Origin: Utricularia gibba
Taxonomy: Eukaryota; Plantae; Magnoliophyta
Assembly (NCBI GenBank): GCA_002189035.1
Contig: NEEC01000021.1
Span: 248,001 to 312,000, forward strand
Reading direction: 5' to 3'
DNA: 64,000 nucleotides
Position 1 is the first letter of the stretch; each line of letters begins with the position of its first letter. The notes below the pieces were generated by a model that was given only the letters and a program-made list of their open reading frames with translations, made no database searches and was not told the DNA's origin. The position numbers were made by a program, and so were the translations under genes. Below are positions 27,181 through 40,347 of the stretch, piece by piece.

Positions 27181-29019
27181 GTCTTATACATAAGCTTGAT
27201 TAAATGAGGGTCTTTTGAAAGTAGGTTTCTACTCTAATTTAAATCAATAAAAGACTTCATCTAGAAACTAAAAGAAGATAATATAGTAGGTAAATTAGAT
27301 GATGAAAGCATTTAAACATGAAACAGAAATGGTGTGCATATTCAAGAAATATAATGAATGAAATAAGATTTGTGAGAAAAGTAAAATGTTTGCTCGATTC
27401 TCTAGTTCTGTGTTCTCCTTATCTTCTTCTTGTCAAACTGCAAGTTCCCAAGTGTCCTTATTTTATTACACTTCTTACGTTAAAGATTAGTCACGCTGTC
27501 ATGTTGAAATGCCTCTTCCTTTGTCTTTTTTTCCATTCCAATGGTCAAAATACTCTCTAAAACAGAAGAAATCTCCTCGGGTCAAAGTAGCTTGGTCATA
27601 TGTTCTGGAGATCAAAGAATTATCTAAACAACATATCTTTTTCTTTTTTATTCACACCAATCTTGCATGCCACCCGTAGTTAGTTGTATTTGTTGCGATC
27701 TTCTTATTTTTTTTTCCAGCCTTTCTTATACTTCCTCTACATTTAGACTTGTAATTCCTGTTTTGCCTTTGTATTCATAATAATTTTGTAGCTTGGTAAG
27801 ATTGTGCAGCTCAACCCAAATGGACTAGATAGATATAGGTTTTAATGAACAATAAAATTACCTTATACTAAAAAGTAAAAAAAATGGTTCAAATCGTATT
27901 TTTACCAAAAATAACTTGACCAATACGTCTTTTGGTACTTTCCTTATTCCAACTCACATAATTCTAATAGTTTAACATTGAAATTGACTCAAATACGTTG
28001 AAATATTACAACATTAGATTGTAATAATAATATTGGGCAATTGTTGCACAAATATAGGTAATAATTCTCATTTTATGATGACTTTTGAAGGATACTTTTT
28101 TCTCATTTATAAAAGTTAATTTAGTAGAATAGTTGTGATTTTTCGAAGACATCTACAAAGAACAATGTAATAAAGCAAAAGTGTAAGATGATGGTGATAT
28201 GAAACAATAATAGTAATTAGAATAATCACTAAAAATGTAGTTCACAATAAATATTTAATTTTAAATTTGTTTATATTATTATTACAAAAAATAATTTTTC
28301 TTGCAATTCTATATTTCATTTTATTCACATATTTTATTATAAAAATGTTTAAAACATTTGTTACTCTCTAATAGATCATTCACTATTATAGCAAAAGCAC
28401 ATATGAAATATACAACGGAGTAGTTTAAATATCACTTTTTATACGCAAAATGCAAATCTATACAAGAAATCATCATTTCTTTCACCAACTATCAGAGATC
28501 TCCAACATTTAGAGACATGTGCAAAGAAATTCTTCAAAAATCAAAGATAGATTTAGCATGTCTAAATATGTTTGATTTTTATCTTTAAAGAGATTGGGTA
28601 GATCTAGCAAAAGAGAAAATGGCAATAAATTCTGTGACTCCAATCAAAGGCGTCATACTAAATGTAGTGATGTTGTTTATTTAAAAATAATTTATAGGGT
28701 ATAATTATAATTAAAAGTTAAAAAAAAATTCATGTAAAGTAATTTACACAATAAGATTCTGCTTCAATTGAAGTAAATACTCATTTTGAGAATAAATTTT
28801 ACTTCAAAAAGATCACTTCAACATAATCTCTTTTTTGAAGTAGTTTCTAGAAATTAAAAAGAACATAACTTAAGTTTTCATTGCAATTTGATTGTCAATT
28901 GAAGATCACTTTTTAACTATTTTGTATGGGCAATGATCATCTCTATTGTCTTTTGTTTTCTTCTATGTGAACATAATATTTAATCAAAAAGCATTTTAGG
29001 TTATCATTCATTTTCTTTT

Positions 29020-30170
29020 TGATAAGTGATTTTGTGTCATTCCAAAACATGTTTTTCTACTACTTTTGAGTGTTGTTTTTACTTATCTTAGACTTCACTT
29101 TCTCATTATTCTTAATTGATTTTGCATCTTTCACACTACTTTGATCTTTTTGGAGAGAAAGTATATTTTTTGGATTTTTAGGGTACTTTTGGATCAATTT
29201 GAGGAGAAATCAAGACCCACCAAATTATAGACTTGATGAGCTACTAATCTCAACCCAAGACTCGGTCAAATGATGAAGATTTGGTCCAAAATTCGTGGAT
29301 AAGATAGAGATATGAAGAAGATCTTCGAAAATTTGGATAAAAGATTGGGATAGAAAATTTTATCCAATCTCATCAAATAAGCTCAATATGAAGACTTGAA
29401 TATACTATCCTATAAATACTCCACCCTCTCAACCATTAGAGACATCTTTGACCACTTTTCCTTTGTACTTTTCCTCTTTTCGTGTCTATTTTCATGTTAG
29501 AGTCAAGTCTGCGCATGTAGGCGCTTGCGGCTGAAGATCTGCAATGAAACCTTGCTTGCGCAAGTCCTGCGCGTGTAACTGTTTTACTATGTTTTTCGAC
29601 ATTTAAATTGAGGTTTGATTCTATTTTTCGCAACGTTTACTTTACTAATGTGATCTTTAGTATCCCATAACCTGAAGGGAGTGTGAGAGAATCAAAGGTT
29701 GGCCTCAAACACCTAAGGAGAAGGGCTCAATCGAACATCGTTGGTAAGGCACATTTTATCTAATCTGCCTGCGAGATGTGAGGTGTAGGGGTTAGATTTG
29801 AGTGTGGGGAAAACATGGGTTATCACAAGAGGTGAAATGGCTCTGGTGGCATGATTGATTCCATAATCCCACAAAACAAGAGACGGTGGTATAACGGTCA
29901 CCGAGTAGCACTACTTTAGAATAACACCCCCAGAGCTTGCATAAGCAGGTCAGTTTTCATGGTTTACATACACAAGTTTGGGCGAGTTTTAAGCAAGTTG
30001 AATTCTGGATCCAATGCTTATTTTCTTATTGTTTTTAAAACCAAATCTTTCTTTTATTTTTTATCTTTTTGAGTCTTTGTTTGAAAAGAAAATTTGAATA
30101 ACAATTCTCTGTGGATATGATCTTATTTTATTATTTCGACGGTTTCTGTGCAATTGCAGAATCACCATCA
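29020..30170 (+). mobile_element. Solo LTR, family A copy 2 (Athila-type), 1151 bp
   Basis: TGATAAG...CACCATCA. TSD CTTTT at 29015-29019 and 30171-30175. Colinear with 23674-24822. Confidence 0.92.
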
Positions 30171-30956
30171 CTTTTTTACTTTTAACAAGAACAAAACTAT
30201 TCAAATCTCACCAAATTTTGATTGTATGTGAAAAGAGTTGAAATGTGATTTTTCAATCACAACACCTGCCATTATACCCTTTTTTTTTTGGAAAAGTAGA
30301 TGATAAATAGCAAATTTTTTTTATTTAATTACGTCTTGCGATCCATATGTTAGTAGATTAATAATGTTGGACGTTATTTTTAAAATTCAAAATTCAATTT
30401 AAGTTTAGATTCAATTGAATTCATATTTATAATTTTATGGATATGATTTAATAATATCTATTAAAAAAATTAAAATCATATTATTATTTTTATATTTTAC
30501 AATATTCTTACAATATATTTAACTTGATTCAATCCATTTTAGAAAAATATTAATTCAAAATTATGAATAAACTGGAAAATATGTGTAATCCAATTTTGAA
30601 ACAAATCTTGGCTATGATTAATGCATAATAACATGGACTTAGCTGAGATTTGTACGAGTATTGGTAGTTGGATGAAGTTATTATCAAGAATGGTGGGTAA
30701 TGAATGGGCTTCCTAAAATAAAATTTTCTTTTATTGAGCTTCTCTAAAGATTCTCCTTTGAACTACAACCTCAGGAAAAGCAGCTTTTCCTTTGCACATC
30801 TGATGCACCCTCCAAAACCTTCCACCCGTTTCTCAAAACTCATGATTCTCGTTTCTGAGAGCATCTGTGAGGGGCACGCAAAACGTAGAGAGATTGGAGG
30901 TGAGGAGATCAGTGGCAATAAATTCCCATCTGATCGTCTTTTCATCTCATCTGCAC

Positions 30957-31863
30957 TCACAATGAATGTTTGCAGATGGGGTGCTTTCCCAATTCCCATC
31001 CTGGAAGATTACGCCTTGCAGAGCCGCAGTTCCGCAGCTGCCCTTCCTGACTGGACCCTCCTCTCCTCTCCTCGGCTGATTTTGAAAAATACCCATGAAT
31101 CGATTTCGGTTTCGTAGTTCATTTGTATACACGGGTTAGTTAAAAAGTTAAGGATGCCCACTTGTAGAACTTGACTGTACCACTAAAATAACGAGGTCAT
31201 AGTCAAATTTCATGCCATTAGATCAGAAAAAAAGGAAACTTTAGATTACAAGCTGAAGGCATGCGCATTGGCAAAATCAGGAATCAAAGTCACGATGGCT
31301 GTGGCTCCATTTAGACCCTGCGACAAGAGTGGAATTAAATGAATCCCATGTGAGATAAAGAAATAATGCAAAGAAAGGAGTTGAAATCTGTAGGTCTCAC
31401 CTTTAGTCTTGGGAAAAGTCTCCGCAGAGGCAACTTCCTGAACCTTCAACTCATCAATGCTTTCCAGTGGGCTATCTGCATTCTTATCGGCTTTTCTGTG
31501 TAGAAAGCTTGATCTTTTGAGGCCTAGCCTTTCCCTCCACCTGCTTGTGCCTCTGATAAAGCTTGGGGAAACATGTTTGTGGTCGGTGGCAAGAAGCTCA
31601 TCTCTCAGAGTGGTGGTTTTTGGCCCGTTTGCACGCAGTGGAAGCATCTTACCGTTGGAAAAAAGCTTGTCAGCTGAGACCATGTTGTGATTTGGGACAG
31701 AGAACTCGAAGTCAGATGAAACAGGGGCTTCTCTGTAGCTGGTTTCAAGCTTGAGAGGAAGATGAGGATCAGCAAAGTCACTGGAGAATGAGATCCTTGG
31801 GCTCATGTTGGTGTTGTAGAGATTCTGATGCTGTTCTTCGTTGAACATGTTTATGCATTCCAT
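30957..31863 (-). CDS. Small plant-specific protein of the At1g67050/At1g48780 (membrane-associated kinase regulator-like) group. Exon 1 31863-31401; short exon 2 probably 31075-30957
   Basis: Motifs MSPRISFSSDF, SSDFEFSV, SADKLFSNGKMLP, TTLRDELL, RWRERLGLKR. Donor AAG/GTGAGA at 31400. The exon 2 acceptor and frame are uncertain. Confidence 0.75.
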
Positions 31864-31934
31864 AGCAAGTATAAAATAGGACAGCAAGAAAACAACGGCA
31901 GTCAGTGTTTCAAACCTTCCTTTCTTCTCCTGGT

Positions 31935-31942
31935 CTATATAG
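31935..31942 (-). promoter_or_regulatory. Candidate TATA box (CTATATAG) ~75 bp upstream of the MAKR-like ATG
   Basis: Motif and position only. Confidence 0.35.
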
Positions 31943-31999
31943 AGGATAGGGGGAGCGCCATCACTTGTTTTCCTCACCTGCATGCACATTTTTTAAATG

Positions 32000-33780
32000 T
32001 ATATAAATAAACAAATGAATATGCACCCAAGTGACTCATTTTTGTCAAATATACAAAAAACAAAAACTTTGCAAGTGACACCCCTGGATGACATCTGGGC
32101 ATGATTAACACTTTTGGTATCCTGAATCCAAGCCATGTAAAATTGGTGAATCTAAACTGCCACATTGTAAACTTATCTAAATTTAACATCAATGGAAAGG
32201 TACCAGGACACAAAGACCTTCACATCCCTTTTCAACAAAGGTCGTATCAAGATTCATGCACGAGATTATTACATATGTTATTGATAAGGGTAAGATTCGA
32301 CATAATGAGTGAAGCTCATTGCTCACGTGATTTAGAACTGTTCATGCTGCATTGATCATCGGTCAAGATGGAATTTATTGTTTTTGGCTGATTTCCAGCT
32401 TTGACTGATAAAAATATTTACCTCCCGAGGAGAAGATGGCAAAAATAGTGTATGACATGTAAATAAATGGTGGGGAAGTCTTAAAGATATGTTCCTACTG
32501 GTCTCCCATCAAGTCAGCATGCATTGTCCTCTACCCTATTTTGTCCTCTGCAAAATTTAACCCCATTTTGCAATATCAAGTATTTTCAAATTTAGATATG
32601 ACAGCTCAGGAGCATCCAGTCAAAAGACAATTCATCATCCGCAGATTTATGTGATTCAACGGTCCCCCGCATAATTCAATCATTCAGGGAGAAATCACAG
32701 GTCTTAAACCAGCTCAACGATGTCGCTGCAACTAACCTCAGGAAAAAACTCAGGTACCATGACCATCTGTAAGTCTCGTGCAGGGGGTAAGTAACTATAA
32801 TGGATTCAAAGCTTCACCTCATTAATTCAGAGTTTGACTGGGAGATCTCAGAAAAAGAAAGATGCTGATGTACTTTTGATTCTTATATGACAGCACCCAT
32901 CGTTGGTCTAGAGGTCCTTTCCTAGTGGTCCAGCTTTTATGAAGATCTGCCTCGCCTTTGACCGTTCTTAACAGTTGGCTCTACAGATAGGCACAAGAAA
33001 ACAAATGAAACCTGCATAATAAACATGTAGCAATGGGGATAAACAAAAAAACACAATTAGCTGCAAAAGTACCATGTTGATAGGATCAAAATAATAAATG
33101 GCACTGCTGGTCAGGAAATGAAATGAAGAGTTCACAGAAATCGCATAAATGGTAAAGCGAATCCCGACTCATCTCCTGCTGAAGACTGAATGAATAAAGC
33201 AATCACTGCTCCTATGAATGATATAACCTTTTAAAAATCGAGGAATCAATCAGATAGAAAAGAAGTTGCGAACTACCAAATCACCACCAGCATCATCCCA
33301 ATGAATTCATGAATTGCAACACTTAGCGCCCAGAATACAAAAGCAGTTCCACCACTCAAGAAACTGCATTTCATGATTCAGAGATGGAGAAAGCATACAA
33401 AAATCCCCATCCTTCGAGTATGGCAACAAGCCCATCCGTGGATTTTCTTTTTTTTTTTTTTTTTTTTCATGTTTCGCCTGTATGCATTGACATGAACACT
33501 TCACGAGAAGACACTTTTAGCACTTGTCAAAGGAAATTGACCGCAGAGGGAACCGCTCCTTTCATCTTAGAGGCGCGAATGGGACGTTTCTCGACTTGGG
33601 CTTCTGTTGAGAAATCAACAAAAAAGCGGCTCTACCGGCGATACTTCTTTCATCACTTCCGGCGACGTCGATCGCAGTCGGATCCCAATGCCGAATGGCG
33701 GGTCAGGCGCCACGTTGGCCCGTGAACCTGGGCTCCATCTTGATCCAAATTGGACCCAAGACGCTGTGTCGCCTTTACCT
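32000..33780 (-). ncRNA. Putative spliced non-coding transcript, or long 5' leader of the MAKR-like gene
   Basis: GC/CpG-rich promoter-like island at 33520-33780 with TGGGCY site II motifs. Minus-strand pyrimidine-rich acceptors at 33179/33176, 33012, 32981 and 31978; donor at 33072. No recognisable protein. Confidence 0.35.
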
Positions 33781-36256
33781 AATTTTGTATTTACTTCAAA
33801 TTAAAAATTAAACAATATTCATAAAACAAATTTCACCATATTTTAGTAGGTATTAAAAATTGCAACTCTACCATGCAAAGTCTCTATTTCATTCTATTTC
33901 TTGAAAAGTACTTTTAAAGAAGTATTTTAATAAAATATAAATCATGTTTTCACAATTCTTTAAAATAATAATAATTTTAAATTTTTTTTTTTCAAATATT
34001 CATTTTTTTGTGATAAAAATACATTTAACTATTTTTCTACCAGAAGAAACTGTTTTAAATAGACAATCTCTATCTAATTCAACTCTTTGATATGCAGTAC
34101 TTGAGAAGTAAATCAACTTTAATTGGCACTGTGTTTTTATTTATAAAATCAATTGATATTTAATAAATTACCTCAACATAAGTATTTTTTTTATTCAATT
34201 ACTATATATTCTTTATTAAAAGTGTTGATATATAACCTTTCATCATCACCATGATGACTTTTTTTTTATTCATTTAGACAAATTCTTTATGGACTCTCTT
34301 GAATTTAATTTATATAAATTAAACTTGAATAATGAATTTTTTATTTTCAATTGAACAACAATCTTTTTTGTGTAAACAATGAATTACATAAGAATCAAAT
34401 TCAAGTTTATTATGTTAAATTTTGTAATAAAATTAAATTTATTATTTTGAATGTCACCAGGTAGTTTGGAAAAAAAATAAGAAATATTTCCAATAAATCA
34501 GAAAACACACATTAACAACTTCTTAAATATTTTTATTTTTTCAAGTAATTACTTTTATTTAATAATAAGACTTTTTCAATAGAATATTTTTATAAGTAAA
34601 AACATTTTTAAATAAATCTCAAATTGGAAGTAGGAAAGGTGGGATTATTAAATTAATATTTCTATTTACTGCATATTCAATACCAAATCAAATTGGAAGC
34701 CACCTCATAGTTAGGAAATGTTTAGTACTAATCATAATTAATGGTGGGATTATTAAAATAATATTTCGTTGAACTCTAATGTTATATTTAATCTAGTATA
34801 ATATGATATCCATAAAACTATATTATTAATAAAAATAATATAAAATTATCTTATAATAAACGTTTTTTCAACTTCAATATTTTTATTTATGAAGTATAAA
34901 AGATTCATATATGACATTAAAACTTATTTATTAAACTATATATTTATTTTAAATAATATATGTTAATCATCTATTTGTTAAAAATTGACATTTAATATAA
35001 TGAATTAACCATATGCACAATTTTGTTATTTAATTATTGAATTATGATGAAACACAAATTTATCTTATAAGTAGATCTAGTTAATTTCATTACAGGAAAA
35101 GATAATAGTATTCTTATTAATACAAAAGACTTTCTTTTTAAATATTATTTATATTTTCTATTTTTATTAATAAATTTATTGATTTTTTATGTTTTATAAA
35201 AAATTTCTCCAATGACTAAGGTGTAATAAAAAATATATTTTCTTGAAAAAATAAATTATGGATACTGTGATGAATATGTCCTCAATGTATTAAAAAATTT
35301 ATTTACTTATAAATATTTTGATAATGTTATATGTAAATTTAATTATAAAATTTTGCATTCAACATTTATAAAACAATTGTTACTGAAATAGTAATTTATA
35401 CGAATTATTTATTTTTACACAAATTAATGCTAATCATATTTAATATCCAAAAATATTAAACCTTCCCATTAAACTTTTGATTCCTAAGAATTAAGTGGGC
35501 CGGGCCACGTTTGGTACGTGAGTCGAGGTGGATTTGTTAGAAAACCCACCTTTGGTATGCGAGTTTAATGTGAGTAAACCCTTAAATCCACCTGAAAATC
35601 TAAACCTGACTAACACCCACGAACATGGGTTTAATACAGATCTGTCGTGCTACAGATCTACCGAAGCTTACTTTGTGTGCTGTATATATGGAGAGCCCGA
35701 CGATGTTCACCTTCAAAATTGGGAGCAACAATCTGGTGCTTGGTTGGTTTGAGATGCTGTCGTGTAGGGGTGTTTCTAAGGACCCAAGCCTGGTGCTTGA
35801 ATTGCTGTCCTAAGTACAATTCTCACCCGAAATGTGGTTGCCACAATATGAATATGTTGATATATCGTTATGTGAAATATTATGTGGAGTATATGACCCA
35901 ATTGGTTAGCAACATCAATAGATGTTGGTTAGCGACATCAAGGGGAGTAAATTGTTCATTTTTGAAGATAAAGGTGGGAAAATCAAATTATTTCGTAAAT
36001 TAGTCATTTTATACATAAATTCATACAATACTCGATTTGTATCCTACATATCAAATACCTTGCTACTCATAACTCAAATATCTTATATCTATTAATCAAA
36101 TAAGAATGATATCCTAATCCAATAAAACAAATTTATATAAATCCAAATAAATTAAACCCATGTTAAATCCCTACTCGCAAACACATCATAAGTGTATTAA
36201 CAAATATGGACATCCCTGACTGCAAACTTTTATCCTGAGAGTGCTATGTTTTCTGT

Positions 36257-38513
36257 TCATCGCTTTGCAGACATACTGAAAGAGGAAACTTTAAGGGGAG
36301 TGGCAACGACCAGAGGAGCTTCTGGTGAATCCCTGACTGCAAACTTATCATGCATGAACCGGCTCTCGATGATCGACTCATCCTTCAGAACGATCTTGTA
36401 GCAGTAGCAGGTCTTAAGTCCCAGGTCACTTTGGTAGCACTGATGGGCACTGTTCTTCACCTGGTGGAAGTTCCATATCACGCTGAATCTTCCCACTGTT
36501 GCAACTAGATGCTTTTCCTGTTTCCCACTTTCTGTTACCTGCAAGGATATCAACCCAAATTTGGAATCAGTATCAGATCCATAACACGAGCGTGAGGGTT
36601 GAGGTGTGAAACAATGGAAAACTAAGAAGTTAGAATTAGTCTTTAAAATATGGGGTACAAAGCCTCATTGGAGAATTTTGCAGAATAGTGTGACTGTGCG
36701 GTGTGGTGTGTAAGATGCACTAATAATAATGCGAAGCAGATTTATACTCACTAATAAAAGTACTATTGCATTCACAAAAACATGCTGCATATTGTTGTTC
36801 ATATGAGAAGATGTAATCTGCAACGACTAACATGGAGCATTGAGAATAACTATCCACTTTGTAATTGTAAAGAGGACTGAATGATCATTTGCATAAGTAA
36901 CCTACCCAAGAAAAATGTCCAGCATGGAACTTGTTGTCAGGTCCAGCCAAATGGGCATCCAGAGGCAAGAGTTTAAGCAATCTTGGCGCTGGAATCTTAT
37001 TTCCCATCCGACCACTAAAACCAGTCTTGGTTTTACCATCTTTATCTGTGAACAAAGTGCAGATTAAGATCAGATATGTGTCTGTAGTTCCTAAAACCCA
37101 CTTGCCATCATATGTAACATCAACTGATGTAATTGGTGAACCAAGACCAGGGAATGCTGTTTTGGCCTGCCTCATCGAAGTTCGAGAGTATAGCCTTATT
37201 TTTCCATCAATCGAACCCACCACAATGGAGCCATCACCAGACGTCGCGAAACACTGGAAATTTGTGCCTCTCGAGAACTGATGACCTTGAGTCCATTCCA
37301 GAATAGGTGAACTAGAAGAGCTTACCATCTTCTGAACCATCCCTGTCTTATCACGCATATCCCACTGGCACAATCTATTGTCATCCAAACCCAAGAAAGT
37401 CGACTCTGAAGGGTCCAACTGCGACCCTTTGGAGTCGCTGGTGATGTCTCTCATTGTGATGCCTGTGCCATCCTTCTCGAACTTCCACTCAGTCACGACT
37501 TTCCCAGTCTCAATGTCCAGTTGGTGAAGCCCCATGGCATGAGGTTTTCCATCCTTTAAGGGACTCATGAGCATCATATTTGTTTCTCCCCTCATCAAAA
37601 GAGGCTTCTTTGGTGTCATAGACTTCTGACCGGATCCCAATTTCCCATCCTCGAATTTTACATAAACTCCCTTCCCATGAATTCCATGACTGAAGTTCTT
37701 AACAACCTGTACTCCTGAATCACTAACCAAAAAGCTATTATCCAGTGCCCCTAAGGCTAAACTCTGAATTCCTCCAGTTGTTGCTGCCTCTTCAAATTCC
37801 TCCAACAAATCTTGTGTCTCCCTCTCAGAGAACCGAAGTGGTTTCTTTCCAGGACTCTTCCACATACCATCATCCGCATCCTCCCACATAGAATCATCCG
37901 ACTCCTCTGGCTTCACCCAACCGATGAACTCCTTTCCATAGATTTTCAGTTTATTTTCATCAGTGGCCCTCAAAAAATAAACATTTTCAAACAAACAATC
38001 CTGAAATTTAGTCACGAAACTCCTGTAATCAACATCGGAGAAAAATCTCAAAGCCCAAACTCCAGCATCTACAAAATCTACCCTCCTCTGATCCCCAAAG
38101 AATTTCATCTGCAAATCTGTTGAAACTTTCACCTTAATTTTCTTTCCGACTACAAAAACCCAAAACCCTTGACCAAGACCCAGTTCATCACCCTCTTCCT
38201 CACCAGCCCTCGTCATCTTCACAAATTTGTAAGATGACAGCTTCTCGGATACAACCCACTTCGCCTTAGGCGTATTACCTCCAATATGAAGATAAAGCTT
38301 AACACCGTTTTTAACATCAGCCTTCTGAGATGAAGGCTCCGAATCTTTAGGATACTTCAACTTCAACGCCTTTAGCCTTGAATCAACATCGTCCAGCACT
38401 GCTGCATTCACCTGCGACGAACTACGTTCATCGTGCGTCCCCGATTCCTCCTCCTCGCTTAAATACTCGGAGTCGGAAAGTTCATCCCCTTCTCGACTCT
38501 GTGCACCGCCCAT
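36257..38513 (-). CDS. CYPRO4: VID27-related WD40-like protein (CYPRO4 family). Exons 38513-36906, 36538-36257
   Basis: MGGAQSRE N-terminus; motifs [85 protein letters not shown] phase-0 intron joins [12 protein letters not shown]. Confidence 0.92.
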
Positions 38514-39579
38514 ATTTGTTTATGATCTCCGATGTACCGTCACCGTATCAAAGATTCGATTTCGCCGGCGAATTCAGAATTCAAAGCTTGCACCGACCTC
38601 TGCAGCGCAGAATTTGATGAGATTCAAGGTAACCGAAACTGCAGTGAATTAAATCAGTTTTAAATATTCGGAATATGAAACGTACACGTGGCACACAATG
38701 CGTGGCCACAACGGAAAGCATAAATAAATTATATTGAAAAAAAAAAGAAAAGAAAAAGGCTAAAGGTAGTCGGCTCATTCACAAACTACCTTTATAGTTG
38801 TTTTATTCTATTAATAAAATTGATTTGTGTTTTAACTTATCATAAATTTAATTTAATTTTTAATTGTTTTAAGTAATAAGTCTATAATAAAATGTGATGT
38901 ATTATTTTAGAGTTTTTTTTACATGATTCATATTTTTAATAACATTTTTATAAGAATGATAAAAAATAATATAAATTTTGCAGATAAATTTAAAAAATAA
39001 CATAAAATAGAACATATTTATTTAAAAATTTTATTATATAAAGAAAATTATAATTCAAAACTCTATTGTTTGCATTAAAATTAAATATATCTCGCATTAT
39101 GCAGGAGAACCAATAAATTAATTTAACGAAAAAGATATTTAAGAAAAAATAGAATTGAAAAGTTAAAATAATTTATTTTTTCTTCTAATCTCTATTTGAT
39201 ATCAATTCAAAAATATTTCTAATATAATTAACAATAAACATAATTAATGTTATAAATATACACTATTTTATTTTACGAAAAGTAAAAATATAGTTCAAAA
39301 CTTGTTCAAAACACTATTTAAATGATTGAAATAAATAATTAGATGTATAATGAAATCAAATAAATATATGACATATGTATCAAATATTGTATATTCTTTA
39401 TGAATAAATTATATGTTTGAAATATTTTAATAAGAAGATAACAATTTTTCTGAAAGAAAAGCCTTCAACTTGAAGAATATCATTGAAACCTAGTTTAGTA
39501 CTACAGTTTCGAATGATGAATAATAGCATACGGAAAAAGAAAACTTATTTCACTTAGTCTTTAGTTTATTGAATATCTA

Positions 39580-40347
39580 ATTTTTATGACTGCTTATTTT
39601 AGAATGTTTTTGATGTTTTCTTCCGTGTATGTTTATGAAATCATGTTTTTTCTCTTAAACATGAGTGATTAAATTTAGGGATATCTCAAAGTGTACAATG
39701 GTGATATGGGCTAGGATTTACGAGACAATCTATCATTGGTATATTAGTTTTTGTTTCTAACATCTTTCAAGTAGATCCAAGGGGGGTAATGAACAATAAT
39801 GTAGCTCATAAGATTGATTCAGCGACAAATCAAAGAATCAAGGGGTGAATAGTTGGTATTAGTTTTAGGTTAACTAATAAAATAAGGTAAACTTAGTTCT
39901 ACTTATTTTGCATATGAATAGATCTAAGTGTGAAATAAGTGATGATATTAAAGATTAACTAAACTGAAAACATGATCGACAACCTAAGTAGACTTAGGTT
40001 GTAAATTTAATTAAGAATTTAAACAGTATATTATCTAAATCACCTTGAAGTATCTTAGTATTATCCTATGATTAGAACTTATATTTGTTATTTCTAGAAT
40101 TGAGATCTAATTTTACTTATTGAACTTAAATATCACTCTTAGTTTGATCTTAAACTAAGTGTACAATCTATTATGTGAATTTGCATCTCCTAAAACACAT
40201 AACAAACATATGGTTCTTGTGATCGATCCCGAAAATTCATTGTACATTTTGTATTTAATTTGTATTTTGTAAAGACTAAGACTTATAAATTTATTTGATA
40301 CGTAATTTCATTTTCTTGCAACGATATTAAAAAATTTCTATTTATCA
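39580..40347 (+). mobile_element. Degenerate 3' part of a family B-like Athila LTR
   Basis: 40210-40347 (ttcttgtgatcgatccc...ataaatttatttgata...ttttcttgcaac...tttatca) matches the reverse complement of 47821-47960. The left boundary is uncertain. Confidence 0.45.

Noticed and set aside
27200-27750. Copia pol remnant (WHARL and NKDTWEL on the minus strand)
   Set aside because: Only two short motifs with no continuous frame; too weak to list as a feature.
23674-30170. One full-length LTR retrotransposon bounded by the two direct family A LTRs
   Set aside because: Each LTR has its own distinct TSD (GGAAT, CTTTT), no PBS follows the first, and the 4.2 kb between them has no family gag/pol. These are two independent solo LTRs.
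32590-32640. C/D snoRNA candidate (ATGATGA...CTGA on the minus strand)
   Set aside because: The boxes are under 30 nt apart, with no terminal stem or recognisable rRNA guide.
33520-33660. C/D snoRNA or U3 (C-box GTGATGA at ~33656-33650; 12-nt TTGATTTCTCAA resemblance to plant U3)
   Set aside because: No D box (CTGA) within range, no terminal stem, no further U3 similarity and no USE promoter element.
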